Assembly: GCA_965218425.1 (NCBI GenBank)
Contig: OZ244621.1
Location: forward strand, 1,344,001 to 1,408,000
Direction of reading: 5' to 3'
Length of the DNA: 64,000 bases
Source: an uncultured Candidatus Binatia bacterium
Lineage (GTDB): Bacteria > Desulfobacterota > Binatia > UBA9968 > CAXXLF01
Below the pieces are notes generated by a model, which saw nothing but the letters and a program-made list of their open reading frames with translations, was not told where the DNA came from and made no database searches. Of the stretch, positions 30,901 to 40,506 are shown piece by piece. The position numbers and the translations under genes were made by a program. Positions within the stretch are counted from its first letter, which is position 1. Each line of letters starts with the position of its first letter.

Positions 30901-32283
30901 GAAGCCGAAGATCAAGGTCTTGAGCCGATCCGTCTCCACGGCGTAAACGAGTGGGGTCTCCTCAGATCGAGCCAGGATCACCCCATCGCCAAGGGGAACC
31001 AAACGCAACGCCTCTTTGACAAACAACCGCTCGAGCCGAAGTCCTTCTGCCAGGGGATGATTTTCAGTCCACGGAACGGGCCGGGGCAAAACCACTTTCC
31101 CTTCCACTCTCAAAGGGATGCCTTCACCCACCGTATTGATGAGAATAAAATTCCCCTCCACAAGACGCGGGGATTCAATCCCATTGAGGACGATCACATC
31201 GTACTGTTTAACCTGTTCTGCCAAGGATTCACTGTCCAATTGGTCCGTGCGGGTAACGCGAACCTGCGGAAAAGAACGAAAGAGGTGCTCTAAAAATATA
31301 TTTTTCTTCCCCGCATAGAGGACGCGAAGCAGTGGAGACTCGGACAGTGCAAGGAAGGCCCGGTTGTCGGTCGGAAAGTCGTCAGCCACTGCCAGAAGCG
31401 CCGTGGCACGCTCCTTCAAGGATCCGCGGTAGGGATAGATCAAAACTCGTCTTTCCTGCGCGCCGACTTCCACAACCTCGCGCACCGGATTTTCATTTCC
31501 AATCATCACCGTCAACGGGGCACGGACCGGGCGAGAGGTAAAGTTTCTGATGCTTAGCATGATTTCATATTCGGCGGCGTTGGCCGAAACCCGTCTGAGT
31601 TCAAACCCGGTGATGGCTACGTTTTCACTTCCGCCCGTAACTCTTACCCACTGAAGGGATGGGGACTGCCAGGGGAGTTCCTCGATGCCCTCGAAGGCGC
31701 CATCGCTGATCACAACCACCCGATCGCCGCTCCCCTGACGGAGAAATGAATGGGCGAAGAGAACCGCCTCTTTAACTTTGGCCGGAGTATCGGTGGCGCG
31801 AACGCTTCGCGCAAAATCCCTCATCCTATTCTTGTCCGACGTGAAGGGCATTAAAACTCGGGGCGATGGACCCGCCTCGATGATCATCATGCGCTGGCCT
31901 GAAGTCTGGCTGTTGATCAAGGAACGTAATTCCCCACGGGCGGCTCGAAAGCGGCTGCCGGCGGATCCTTTCGCCTTCATGCTCGCGCTGGTATCCAATA
32001 CCACCACCGTGTCGCCTCCCCTACGACCGTATCCCAGTAGAGACGGATCCGCCAAGGCCGATACGAGGATAATGGCAATGATAATTTGCAGCAGGAGGAG
32101 GAGATTCTTCTTCAAGAGCCACCCCAGCCGTTTTCCCACGGGCTGTTCCTGCAGGATCCTCTCCAGGAGAAACAGAGTCGTGGTCCTGAGTCTGTTCCCC
32201 TTGGGTCGAAGGCTATGAAGAAAAACAATGAGCGGAATCGCACCTAGAAGGAGAAAGAAGGTGAAGGGAGCTCCCCATTGCAT
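27949..32283 (-). CDS. Large membrane protein: BatA-like N-terminus, three vWA domains and GATase1-like (DUF1355-type) domains
   Basis: BatA-like IPLIVFLH...LLLLQ...ALADP; MIDAS motifs DTSAS, DYSRS and DKSGS each with a downstream SDG; YVRDLGGGLVVIGG..SYG.GGY; WRYGLGK..AFTSD...W..DW..W. Start set at ATG 32283. Confidence 0.85.
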   Translation of the reverse strand: MQWGAPFTFFLLLGAIPLIVFLHSLRPKGNRLRTTTLFLLERILQEQPVGKRLGWLLKKNLLLLLQIIIAIILVSALADPSLLGYGRRGGDTVVVLDTSASMKAKGSAGSRFRAARGELRSLINSQTSGQRMMIIEAGPSPRVLMPFTSDKNRMRDFARSVRATDTPAKVKEAVLFAHSFLRQGSGDRVVVISDGAFEGIEELPWQSPSLQWVRVTGGSENVAITGFELRRVSANAAEYEIMLSIRNFTSRPVRAPLTVMIGNENPVREVVEVGAQERRVLIYPYRGSLKERATALLAVADDFPTDNRAFLALSESPLLRVLYAGKKNIFLEHLFRSFPQVRVTRTDQLDSESLAEQVKQYDVIVLNGIESPRLVEGNFILINTVGEGIPLRVEGKVVLPRPVPWTENHPLAEGLRLERLFVKEALRLVPLGDGVILARSEETPLVYAVETDRLKTLIFGFDLLNSDLPFRVSFPILFGNAFSWFRPGKAEFPAVQVQAGTSHTLRLKEAYGQVQVRTPSRQEETLEQNSRTLVFPNTFEVGFYNFWAGESAGQFAVNLFSESESQIRSTFTVSPVPRTETVSMETTPKGMSLWPYLLAFVLFLLLAEGFMAFRGGGSYYPLLVRIPALMAVIIALVNPNLFSKVVDDLDVVLTVDYSRSVGQQAKEESLPILDEAQRLKGPKTRVGLLTFAKHPAWEFFPRGDFPQFDFSLPGGREQTDIAAALQAAHAQLGGDREGRILLVSDGNENHGKVSALIPLLKSHGVQVWAYPVSFFQGRNEVYVKDLVLPHRVDSVETFEIRGAIQSLRDTTVNVQLMRDGVVRRQTEATLKPGTNWISFREVLRERGNHTLELLVESRDDTLAENNLLQGVIEVKGPPRILYLHSPENTQRIMAGALKVQGYELVEASASRRRLSLAELSAFDLVVLDNLPAYHLSQAKMEVIEKYVRDLGGGLVVIGGPKSYGAGGYYRTPLERVLPVEMRPPARLELPQVALLFVLDKSGSMGEGERGATKLDLAKAAAIASAELLNPSDEVGILAFDAEWEWVIPFTRVERGEWISERIASLQSDGGTDLYKALIEAQRAFSSKEAAVKHVLVLSDGLTDKSDFQALVKKLAGEATTVSTVSVGGDADRALMAQIARIGKGRGYATVDPRTIPQIFTTETLLISQDLLVEKVVRPEVIQFTGPMRGLSTKGIPAVQGYVLTHPKPVSEIHMKVDDDPLLISWRYGLGKVVAFTSDLTGRWGKDWVKWEGFPRWVSQLARSAMKRVSENKVQTQFRQEGEEIRTQVDFFSADGRFINQLTPKGILTGPNKASQERPFYQVAPGRYETRFTAPTDGTYFLTIFQQGERGDPSSTATTVPYVAPYSKEYREVRPNTPLLSHLAEQTGGEVLRPDGLREGLERLFTPRKTSRQSAQETWWALSGLSLLFFLGDLALRRFHVSIRA

Positions 32284-32288
32284 GGCCG

Positions 32289-33182
32289 CTACCTGACCGT
32301 TCTCCCTTGCCGCAGGGTGCGCAGGACAAAGTCCTCGAAGGGCGTCTCCGTGGTGGTTCGGAGATAGTCCATTGAGTGGTTCCGACAAAAAGTGGCGGTT
32401 TCCTCGAGGTAACGCTGAACCTCTTCGTGGAAGCGTTGAACCATCGTGTTATCGAGAAAAAGCCTCTTCTCTCTTTCGCTCTCCACATCATAGATGGACG
32501 TATCCCCCACGGGCTCCAGCCGGATTTCCGATTCGTCCAGGATATGGACAACCAATACCTCGTATCCCTTCCTCATAAGTTCTTCGAATCCGGCTCTGCA
32601 TCCTTGGGGATCGAACAGATCGCTGACCAGCACCACCAACCCGCGACTGGGAAAACGAAGGGAAAAGGACTTGGCGGAAGCCCTCAAGTCCGTCTCCCCA
32701 TGGCACGTGAGTTCCCGCAGATATTTAAACAGGGCGAGGATCTGTTTTCTTCCCCTCCCTAGGAACAATTGAGACTCCACATTTTCGGAGAAGCTCGCTG
32801 CCCCAACCCTATCGTGATTGGCGAGTCCAATGTACCCAAGGGCGGCGGCCACGCTTTTGGCGTAGTCAATCTTCGGCGGGGCTCCCTCCGTCATGGACCG
32901 GCTCGCATCCAGGAAAAGATAGATATTCATCTCCTCTTCCCCAATGAAGACCTTTAGCAAGAGTCTTTCCAGGCGACGGTAAACGTTCCAATCCACGTAC
33001 CGGAAATCGTCTCCTTTGTGGTATCTTTTGTAGTCGGAAAATTCGAGACTGGAACCCTTCCTCGCGGACAGGTGCTCTCCTTTTCCTCTGGCCGAGGAGA
33101 TCCTTTTCGCCACCAGCCGCAGACGCTCCAACTTTTTAAGGAACTCTGGCTCGAGAAAGGTCGGTTGGAATTCAGCCGCCAT
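32289..33182 (-). CDS. DUF58 family protein
   Basis: GEH.S..KGSSLEF.DY..Y..GDDFRYVDWNVY.RL..L..K.F..EE, LDAS.SM, LVSD. Confidence 0.92.
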   Translation of the reverse strand: MAAEFQPTFLEPEFLKKLERLRLVAKRISSARGKGEHLSARKGSSLEFSDYKRYHKGDDFRYVDWNVYRRLERLLLKVFIGEEEMNIYLFLDASRSMTEGAPPKIDYAKSVAAALGYIGLANHDRVGAASFSENVESQLFLGRGRKQILALFKYLRELTCHGETDLRASAKSFSLRFPSRGLVVLVSDLFDPQGCRAGFEELMRKGYEVLVVHILDESEIRLEPVGDTSIYDVESEREKRLFLDNTMVQRFHEEVQRYLEETATFCRNHSMDYLRTTTETPFEDFVLRTLRQGRTVR

Positions 33183-33185
33183 GGC

Positions 33186-34184
33186 TTACAGCGCCTCCGG
33201 TACCTTCTCCAGGACTTCCTCCAACACCTTTTCCGCCGTCATCCCCTCGGCATCCGCCGCCAGGTTGAGAAGGATCCGATGGAGTAGGCTTGGCATAAGA
33301 ACCGCCCGAATATCCTCAAAGGAGACATTGGGGCGTTCGGAAAAGAAAGCCCGCGCCTTGGCAGCCAGTATGATGCTTTGGAGACCCCGCGGGCTCGATC
33401 CGTACAGGACAAATTTTTGTGCCAGGGGGGCACTCCACTCCCCCTGGGGGTGAGTGGCCATCACCAGGCGGACGGCATAATCCTTGACCACATCAGCCAG
33501 GGGCATTTCCCGTACCGCAGACCTGATGGTCAGAACCCCCTCCCCATCGAGGATCTTGCTGATGGGTGCGGGCGGAGCGGCCGTGGTGAGATCCGCAATT
33601 CGCCCCATCTCAGCGTGGCTCGGGTAGAGAACCAACAACTTGAAAAAGAATCGATCGATCTGTGCTTCGGGCAGGGGGTAGGTGCCTTCCATCTCGATGG
33701 GATTTTGCGTCGCAAGGACCATAAAGGGGTCCTTCAGCAAGTGTACTTTACCCGCCACCGTAACGCTCTGTTCCTGCATGGCCTCCAACAACGCGGACTG
33801 GGTCTTTGGCGTCGCACGATTGATCTCATCGGCCAGGACGATATTGGCAAAGACGGGACCAGGCTGAAAATCAAACACCTTCCTGCCGGAAGAGTCCTCA
33901 TTGAGGACGTTCGTCCCTGTGATATCTGCAGGCATAAGATCCGGAGTAAACTGCACTCGAGAGAAGGTAAGATTCGAGAGCTCACCCAAGCTGCGAACCA
34001 GCAAGGTCTTACCTAAACCGGGGACCCCCTCGAGGAGACAGTGTCCTCCACAAATAAGGGCAATGAAAACCTCTTCAATCAACTTCTCATGGCCCACCAC
34101 GACTCGACTCATCTCAGCCTTGACGTTATCGAAAACACTACGTGATTGGGCGATCCTTTCTCGAAGTTCACTTGAAGCTTCCAA
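33186..34184 (-). CDS. moxR: MoxR family AAA+ ATPase
   Basis: GHCLLEGVPGLGKT, RVQFTPDLMPADITG, LADEINRATPKTQSALLEAMQE, ATQNPIEMEGTYPLPEAQ.DRF, SPRG. TTG start at 34184 behind GAGGAGG. Confidence 0.93.
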   Translation of the reverse strand: MEASSELRERIAQSRSVFDNVKAEMSRVVVGHEKLIEEVFIALICGGHCLLEGVPGLGKTLLVRSLGELSNLTFSRVQFTPDLMPADITGTNVLNEDSSGRKVFDFQPGPVFANIVLADEINRATPKTQSALLEAMQEQSVTVAGKVHLLKDPFMVLATQNPIEMEGTYPLPEAQIDRFFFKLLVLYPSHAEMGRIADLTTAAPPAPISKILDGEGVLTIRSAVREMPLADVVKDYAVRLVMATHPQGEWSAPLAQKFVLYGSSPRGLQSIILAAKARAFFSERPNVSFEDIRAVLMPSLLHRILLNLAADAEGMTAEKVLEEVLEKVPEAL

Positions 34185-34208
34185 AGTTAACCCTCCTCTA
34201 GATTCGCG

Positions 34209-34540
34209 TCCAACAGAACGAATTGAACAAAGTTTTTCGTGCCAAGACACTCCCAGGGTAAAATCCTAATTCCGAAGCACGAAATCCTAAACAATTCCGA
34301 AATCTCCAATTGTTAATGATCAAAACATTTCACAAATGCTCTCGCATTTCTCACAACAACGAAAATCTGGACTCCTACGACAACCGATTTGATACTCTTG
34401 TTTTTCATCTTGGTTATTCGAAATTGTTTCGAACTTCGGAATTCGAGTTTCGAATTTATAAATTGTTTGTGATTGGCGTCCTTTGCGTCTTTGCCCCTCG
34501 ATTACCCTCGGGGTCCTGAGGTTCTCGAAGGACGCGAGTC
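34209..34540 (+). repeat. Nested palindromic intergenic element, copy C (with 39-bp REP-like insert at 34494-34532)
   Basis: CAACAGAACGAATTGAAC-N10-GTGCCAAGACAC; inner arms AATTCCGAAGCACGAAATCCTAAACAATT / AATTGTTTCGAACTTCGGAATTCGAGTTTCGAATTT; right arm TTGGCGTCCTTTGCGTCTTTG[insert]CGCGAGTC. Confidence 0.85.
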
Positions 34541-34583
34541 ATCTTATTCCGAATTCCGAGAACCAAAATCCCAACCGTCCTTA

Positions 34584-35996
34584 TTATTGATCTCCGCTTA
34601 TCCCAAGGGACAGGAAATAACTCTTTACGGTTTCCTTCATGTCGGGGGGAATTTGCTCAGAGGAGAGTTCTCCCTCCACCTGTCGTTGGTATGACGTCAC
34701 TATCCCTTCCTGCGGGACCTCGCTTTCTCGTCCTTTGAATTCTCCCCTCAACGTCACGCCCGCGCTGGATCCTTTCCCGAACAGCCCCTTCAGGTGGGTT
34801 TCCGCCTGTGCCCTGAACTGGGGATATTGGACCTTGGGTCCCTTTTTCCCCGGTTGATCTCCCGGCAGACTCCCCTTTGCGGAGTCGTCCTTGGAGGGCG
34901 AAGAGGAACCCATGCGCGACTGTTTCTCCATAGGTCGCGTGGCGTCCCCTTCCATCCCATCGAGCATAAGGAGAACGAATTGCTGGGCTTCCGTGAGATT
35001 GCGACGGTCCATCTCAGTGGCCGCTCGGCGATTCAATTGTTCGATGAACTCTCGCGCCTGATTCGGGTCCATGTTTTCCCCGGACGAGGGCTTGTTGCCC
35101 ATTTCTCCTTTGAATGGCGACAGGCTATCCAGTTTCTTGAGAACATCACTTCCCTGCATGCCTTTGCCCGGCAGCGCATTGGCGCGACTCAGTGCATCCT
35201 TGAGCTTTCCCACATCTCCCTTGAGTTTGTTTAAAGCCTCCTTGGAGAGTTTGGGTAGCGAGCCGGCGCCGCCTTGAAAGGCCTTGAGTCGGTCCCCAAT
35301 TCCCTGAGCCACATCGGTCAGATCGTTCCGTAACTCTTCATCATCCACCTTGCCCTTTAGACCCTTATCGGCCACTTCCTCCAAGGCGCGGGCCACATCA
35401 AGACTCTCGGTTAACTCGTCCTCTTTTGCCCGGTGGAGTAGCCCCACGGAATAGTCCTTGAGTTTTCTGGCCATGGACAGCTCCCGAGATTCCCTACCCC
35501 AGTCCAGGTGAAACTGCACCCCGAACCATGCCACCAACGCCCAGAGAAGCAGTATGGGAGGAGCCACAAAGACGTGCCAGGAAAGTCGGCGTTCAAAGAG
35601 GCCCTTTACGTCGACTGCCTTGAGGCGAACCGCGGTATCCTCCAGCACCAACAGTTCGGCCGGCGTCCTCCCGCCGCGCTTGAGTATCTCCCACGCGGTC
35701 AGGGCTCTCTCCTGAAGGTGCAGTTTCCTGTCCAGTTGCAGGATGGCACCAAGGGATTCCTTGCTACCCCATGGGCGCCAGAGCATGAAGGCCAAGCTCA
35801 AGATGAGAAACAGGATCGGTGTCAGATAAAGGGGCGGGGCCCATGAGGGAAACAGGTCACTGAGTGGAAGGATCAGCAGGGAGGCCAAAATCGAGTACAC
35901 GAGGGCCGAAACCAGTATATGCTCTCTTCTCTTAGCCTTCTCCCAGCGGAGCAATTGAAAGAGCTTATCCTGTACGAGCGCCTGGTCTCTGATCAA
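34584..35996 (-). CDS. Membrane-anchored coiled-coil protein of the MoxR/vWA operon
   Basis: TM helices, LDRKL.LQER.LTAWE, a long helical region and C-terminal IP...KE.VK.YF. Confidence 0.75.
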   Translation of the reverse strand: MIRDQALVQDKLFQLLRWEKAKRREHILVSALVYSILASLLILPLSDLFPSWAPPLYLTPILFLILSLAFMLWRPWGSKESLGAILQLDRKLHLQERALTAWEILKRGGRTPAELLVLEDTAVRLKAVDVKGLFERRLSWHVFVAPPILLLWALVAWFGVQFHLDWGRESRELSMARKLKDYSVGLLHRAKEDELTESLDVARALEEVADKGLKGKVDDEELRNDLTDVAQGIGDRLKAFQGGAGSLPKLSKEALNKLKGDVGKLKDALSRANALPGKGMQGSDVLKKLDSLSPFKGEMGNKPSSGENMDPNQAREFIEQLNRRAATEMDRRNLTEAQQFVLLMLDGMEGDATRPMEKQSRMGSSSPSKDDSAKGSLPGDQPGKKGPKVQYPQFRAQAETHLKGLFGKGSSAGVTLRGEFKGRESEVPQEGIVTSYQRQVEGELSSEQIPPDMKETVKSYFLSLGISGDQ

Positions 35997-36751
35997 GAGT
36001 AACCCTCCCTAAGCCTCTTCAGCGCCACCCCGTAAAATAGCAATCCGGCAACCAACAACGAGAAGTGAAAGGCAAAATGAACGGTTGCTGCGTCCCATTG
36101 CCATCGCCAGAGCCTCAATGGGCTCAGTTGCAGGCCCTCCAGGTGATGCAGAAGGAAGGCAACCGGGTTGAGGGGAAGATACAGGAGCCCTGAAACCAAA
36201 AGCAAGCATACCAAAAGACACCTGATAAATACCCGTCGGCTATCCTCCCTATGGTCCCACAATGCCAGTGCAAACAGTCCCCACATACTATATGTGAAGG
36301 AATAAAAAAATAGCAGTAACAGGGTCGACAGGATAGCCCCCACCGGCGCGTGTTCGATGGCTCCCGCCCAGCCCAGGAGAGGAAAGGAAAGGAGGAGAAA
36401 AACCAGCAAATGAAGGCATAGGAGAGAGATCTGACCCAGGGCCACCCCGGTGAAATTCATCTTTCCTTGGACGAACCAGTGCTTGGTAAGTTGGAACCTT
36501 GGGGTCAAAAACTCCTGGTTGGTGATCCTAAGGCTAAAATAGACCAACAACAACAATGCGGCCACGGATGATAATTTGAAAAGATAGGCAGGGCCCATCC
36601 AGAAACGGGGATCCCCCGTGGGAAGCACCAGGATCAGGAACTGAACGAGGGCGAGGACGATAAGATAAAAGAAGTAGACCATGAACCCTCGTCCCTCTGT
36701 GAAATAGGCATCAATTCCTTCGTGGAGGACTGGGTTGTTGATTTTTCTCAC
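35993..36751 (-). CDS. Polytopic membrane protein (ABC-2 permease-like)
   Basis: About six hydrophobic segments, N-terminal NPVL, LNP near the last helices; overlaps both neighbouring genes by 4 nt. Confidence 0.65.
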   Translation of the reverse strand: MRKINNPVLHEGIDAYFTEGRGFMVYFFYLIVLALVQFLILVLPTGDPRFWMGPAYLFKLSSVAALLLLVYFSLRITNQEFLTPRFQLTKHWFVQGKMNFTGVALGQISLLCLHLLVFLLLSFPLLGWAGAIEHAPVGAILSTLLLLFFYSFTYSMWGLFALALWDHREDSRRVFIRCLLVCLLLVSGLLYLPLNPVAFLLHHLEGLQLSPLRLWRWQWDAATVHFAFHFSLLVAGLLFYGVALKRLREGYS

Positions 36752-38685
36752 AGGTCCTCCTCCTCTTCTGCTTCCAGAGGCAAGGGGGCCCTAAAAAGCG
36801 TATAGCTATGGGATAGGATGCGTTTGTCGTTGGCCCACACCCTTCGAGAGTCTCTCTCCACCCAGCCGATAATGAACGCCGAATTCTCTCCCCAGCGAGT
36901 GAGTATCTGATCCTGAGGGAAAACCGAATTTCTAAGCAGCGCCACGCGGATCCTATCGATAAACGGGATTTCTCGTATATCCAACTTCTCTCCCGGTCCG
37001 TCCAGTTGCTTGCCATCCGGCGAAAGCGCGAACTTCCGGCTCAAGCTAGATCCCAGGGGGATATCACCCAGGGGGTAGCCCTTCCCATAATAAACCAGCC
37101 AACATTCAGTAAGATCCCTTGAACTCAGATTGGCTAGCTCCAGGTGAATTTCGTTCTCCTGTCTTGTGGCATCAATACGAAAAGGGAAAGGCCTCACGGA
37201 ATGAATCCGAAACAGCTTGAAGTCCCATTCCTTTGACGGAAAACTAATCGATGTGAAGCGAACCCCATCTTCGATCTCTATGGGGGAACCCTTCGTTTTT
37301 ATCGCCCGAGGTTGAACCAATTCCAGATGGCTCCACCCCCTCTGCATCCGAAACCCATAATATTTTCTCCGAGTAGAGAAGAGACCCACATTGGACTGGA
37401 CCTCTGCATACCCGTCGGGTTGGCCGTCCAGCAGGGTTGAAGAGAAAAGAACACCGTCTATGATTTGAGACCCACGATCAAAAAATACGTACCCCCCTAC
37501 CGTAAAGAGGCAAACAAGGACTAGAAAAGCGACAGAAAGGACGGTGTGGGAGAGCTTCTGACGGTACCAAAGCCAAACCAAGACCAACAACCCACTCAAG
37601 TAGGCGAGGAGAGCAACCAAGAACGGCACCAGCGGGATACGGGTGGAAAAGAAGGTGGAATCGGACAGGAGGATGGAGAAAACAGATGGATCCCACCTGG
37701 TCCAAAGGCCGGGCCTTCTATCCGGAGGCACACCTAAAAGATCCGAAAAGAGACGGGAGAGCCCATCCCATTGGGAAAGCGGTGGACGCCCGACATCTAA
37801 CGCGAGATACAAGACCTTTCCTCGTCCCCTGACCAACTCTACGAGAATGGGGATTTTCTCCTCTTCCAACAGGACGCGACCTCCGGCAACTTCAGACTCC
37901 TGTACCAGGAAGTTTCCCAGGGGGGACACCCTCGTACCGTAATACCGCTCAACGCTTGGCAGAGCACCCATCCGTTTGATCCCGAGCACTCTAACCGGAA
38001 GAAATACCTCAATGGACGGCTCCTGATATAAAGCATAATGCAATCCCCCTAGGAAAAGAATCCTTCCTCCCGACGAGAGCCAGCCCTGCAGGGCCGACTT
38101 TTGGGCACTGGAGAGATCCCTCAGGGACTGTTCATAGAACACAACTGCCCACACACCATGGTAGGCCCTCTGATCGGTGGGGAGCTCATGGGCTGAAATG
38201 GATACCACCGGCACCGGCGAATCCACGGCTATGGGAATGGAAAGTAGACCACTGTTCCCCGTGAGCAATAGGATCAATGGCGAGGGAGAAAAATGACCCC
38301 GGAGATCCACCTCCAGGGAAACCTTTCCTGTGTTAGTTGAAAAACTGACGTTGAGGGGTCGGGCCATGGAGTCAGGATCCGCAGTAATCTGGACCTGTCT
38401 CCGGGATTGCCGAGCGAGGAAAACCGCCCTCCTGTAGTGAAAGGGATAGGGCGCCACCACCTTGGAGGGTCCCCCTTTCCAAACCTTCACATCGAGAATC
38501 CCTTCCACGGCTCTCCCTAAATTGGTAAGGGTTATGGTCACCGGAAAGGGTTGCCCCAACTTGAAGACACCGTGGAAACCCGGTTCGACTTCCAGCCTAA
38601 CCTCAGCGGCGGCAAGGACCGTGGTTAAGAAGAGGGGAAGAAAGAATAATGCGGGAAGCGTAGCCCTTCTGATACTAAGAGACAT
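36748..38685 (-). CDS. Exported/membrane protein with GATase-like fold segment, first gene of the MoxR/vWA operon
   Basis: Signal peptide, GF.G.FK.G..FPV.I.L.N.G, LS.AQ..AL..W...GG..L..GG, GRG.V, two central TM helices. Confidence 0.75.
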   Translation of the reverse strand: MSLSIRRATLPALFFLPLFLTTVLAAAEVRLEVEPGFHGVFKLGQPFPVTITLTNLGRAVEGILDVKVWKGGPSKVVAPYPFHYRRAVFLARQSRRQVQITADPDSMARPLNVSFSTNTGKVSLEVDLRGHFSPSPLILLLTGNSGLLSIPIAVDSPVPVVSISAHELPTDQRAYHGVWAVVFYEQSLRDLSSAQKSALQGWLSSGGRILFLGGLHYALYQEPSIEVFLPVRVLGIKRMGALPSVERYYGTRVSPLGNFLVQESEVAGGRVLLEEEKIPILVELVRGRGKVLYLALDVGRPPLSQWDGLSRLFSDLLGVPPDRRPGLWTRWDPSVFSILLSDSTFFSTRIPLVPFLVALLAYLSGLLVLVWLWYRQKLSHTVLSVAFLVLVCLFTVGGYVFFDRGSQIIDGVLFSSTLLDGQPDGYAEVQSNVGLFSTRRKYYGFRMQRGWSHLELVQPRAIKTKGSPIEIEDGVRFTSISFPSKEWDFKLFRIHSVRPFPFRIDATRQENEIHLELANLSSRDLTECWLVYYGKGYPLGDIPLGSSLSRKFALSPDGKQLDGPGEKLDIREIPFIDRIRVALLRNSVFPQDQILTRWGENSAFIIGWVERDSRRVWANDKRILSHSYTLFRAPLPLEAEEEEDL

Positions 38686-38721
38686 GATCCCCTCACAAGA
38701 AGAGCCCTGGCAGGAAACAAG

Positions 38722-39210
38722 CTAATCTTTAAAATCTACATCTAGGATTTCAATGTTGCGAGTCCCAGTGGGGATTTGGACCTGGACCTCGTCCCCGACA
38801 TTTTTGCCGATAATGGACCTAGCGATGGGAGAGCTGACCGAAATTTTTCCGTTTTTTGGTTCCGCTTCATGATCGCCCACGATCTGATACACGACTTCAT
38901 CGCCCGAATCCACATCGGCCAGAGTCACCGTTGCTCCAAATACGATTTTATCTCCAGAAAGTTTCGAAACGTCAATCACCTGGGCACGGGCCAAGGTATC
39001 CTCAATTTCCGAAATCTGCGCTTCAAGCAGGGATTGCTTCTCTTTAGCCGCATGAAACTCTGCATTCTCAGAGAGATCACCGTGATCTCGAGCTTCTTCA
39101 ATTTCGCGAACAATTTTCGGTCTTTCCACAGATCTCAAACGCCTGAGATCGTCCAAGAGGCGCTGCTTGCCCTTCTGGGTCATAGGAGCGCTGGCACCCT
39201 GATCTGCCAT
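38722..39210 (-). CDS. greA: Transcription elongation factor GreA
   Basis: PMT..G..RL...L..L...ERP.I...IEEAR.HGDLSENAEFHAAKE.Q, FGATV, YQIVG..EA....KIS..SPIAR..IGK. Confidence 0.96.
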   Translation of the reverse strand: MADQGASAPMTQKGKQRLLDDLRRLRSVERPKIVREIEEARDHGDLSENAEFHAAKEKQSLLEAQISEIEDTLARAQVIDVSKLSGDKIVFGATVTLADVDSGDEVVYQIVGDHEAEPKNGKISVSSPIARSIIGKNVGDEVQVQIPTGTRNIEILDVDFKD

Positions 39211-39340
39211 AGCTCAACTCCCTTCTTTATCCAATCACCAAAAACCAACTTCAAGAACCGTCAGTTTTACCATTCCTCCTCAGTAAATCAACCTCGCCGG
39301 GCACCTTTCACGCCACCCTACCTTACGCTAGGACGAGGTT

Positions 39341-40324
39341 CTATCCAGCCAACTTCTTGCCGGGTCCGAAGACATGACAGGCCAGCCCATGACCATCGGA
39401 AGAATATTCTAGCTCCGGCTCCACCTCAGAGCAGATTTTTTCGCTGAATGGACATCGGGGATGAAAACTACAACCCTTGGGCGGGTGCAATGGGCTAGGC
39501 ACGTCACCCTGGAGAACCATTCGGTCCTTTCTTTGCTTCGGGTCGGTCACGGGCACTGAGGAGAGCAGGGCCCGGGTATAGGGGTGCTTTGCTCCCTCAT
39601 AAATGGTCTCACTTTTGGCAATCTCTACGATTTTGCCTAAATACATGATGGCCACCCGATGGCTCACCTGTTCCACCATCCTCAAATCATGGGAGATAAA
39701 AAAATAGGTGAGATCCATGGTTTCCTGTAGCTCTTGAAGGAGGTTGATGATCTGGGCTTGAATGGAAACATCCAGCGAGGAAACGGGCTCATCGGCCACC
39801 ACGAACTTCGGCTTTACCGCCAGGGCTCGGGCGATACCGATCCTCTGCCGCTGGCCACCGCTAAACTCGTGCGGGTAACGATCGAAATGGTCATCCCGGA
39901 GTCCCACCCTACGGAGCAACTCAATGACCCGGTCCCTTTTCATATTGCCCGTGGCGAGACCATGAATCTCCATCCCTTCACCCACGATATCCCCCACACG
40001 CATGCGTGGATTCAAAGAGCTATAAGGATCCTGGAATATGATCTGCATCTGCCTGCGCATCTCACGCATCTCTCTGTGAGACAATCTGAGAATTTCCTTA
40101 CCAGTAAATACGACCTCGCCATCCGTGGGCTCCACCAACCTGAGGATACTTCTACCCAGAGTGGACTTCCCGCAACCCGATTCCCCCACCACGCCCAGGG
40201 TCTCTCCACCCTCCATCGTGAGGCTTACCCCGTCCACGGCCTTGACCTCCCCCATGCGGCGGGAGAACAGTCCACTGCCCATGGGGAAATACTTTTTCAA
40301 ATTACGAACTTCGAGTAGACTCAT
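39341..40324 (-). CDS. oppF: Oligopeptide/dipeptide ABC transporter ATP-binding protein (OppF/DppF-like)
   Basis: [56 protein letters not shown]. Confidence 0.9.
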   Translation of the reverse strand: MSLLEVRNLKKYFPMGSGLFSRRMGEVKAVDGVSLTMEGGETLGVVGESGCGKSTLGRSILRLVEPTDGEVVFTGKEILRLSHREMREMRRQMQIIFQDPYSSLNPRMRVGDIVGEGMEIHGLATGNMKRDRVIELLRRVGLRDDHFDRYPHEFSGGQRQRIGIARALAVKPKFVVADEPVSSLDVSIQAQIINLLQELQETMDLTYFFISHDLRMVEQVSHRVAIMYLGKIVEIAKSETIYEGAKHPYTRALLSSVPVTDPKQRKDRMVLQGDVPSPLHPPKGCSFHPRCPFSEKICSEVEPELEYSSDGHGLACHVFGPGKKLAG

Positions 40325-40506
40325 GTCACTTAGCAGTCTTCAGCTTTCAACGATTAGCTCTCAGCCGGAAAGCAGGCAGCAATTTCACACCGTGCGATTG
40401 CCGCAGTTCCCACGGCATCCTAATGATAGCTAATCCCCATAAATCTGCGGTTAATGGCTCTTGACGCTTTGCGCTCTGCGATTAGCGCTTTGCTAACAAT
40501 GGCTTG

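Noticed and set aside
34310..34694. Short ORFs over the repeat copies (also 55897-56487, 56199-56435, 63055-63237)
   Set aside because: They are translations of the palindromic repeats (FRISxFEF-type low complexity) and are not conserved in frame between copies.
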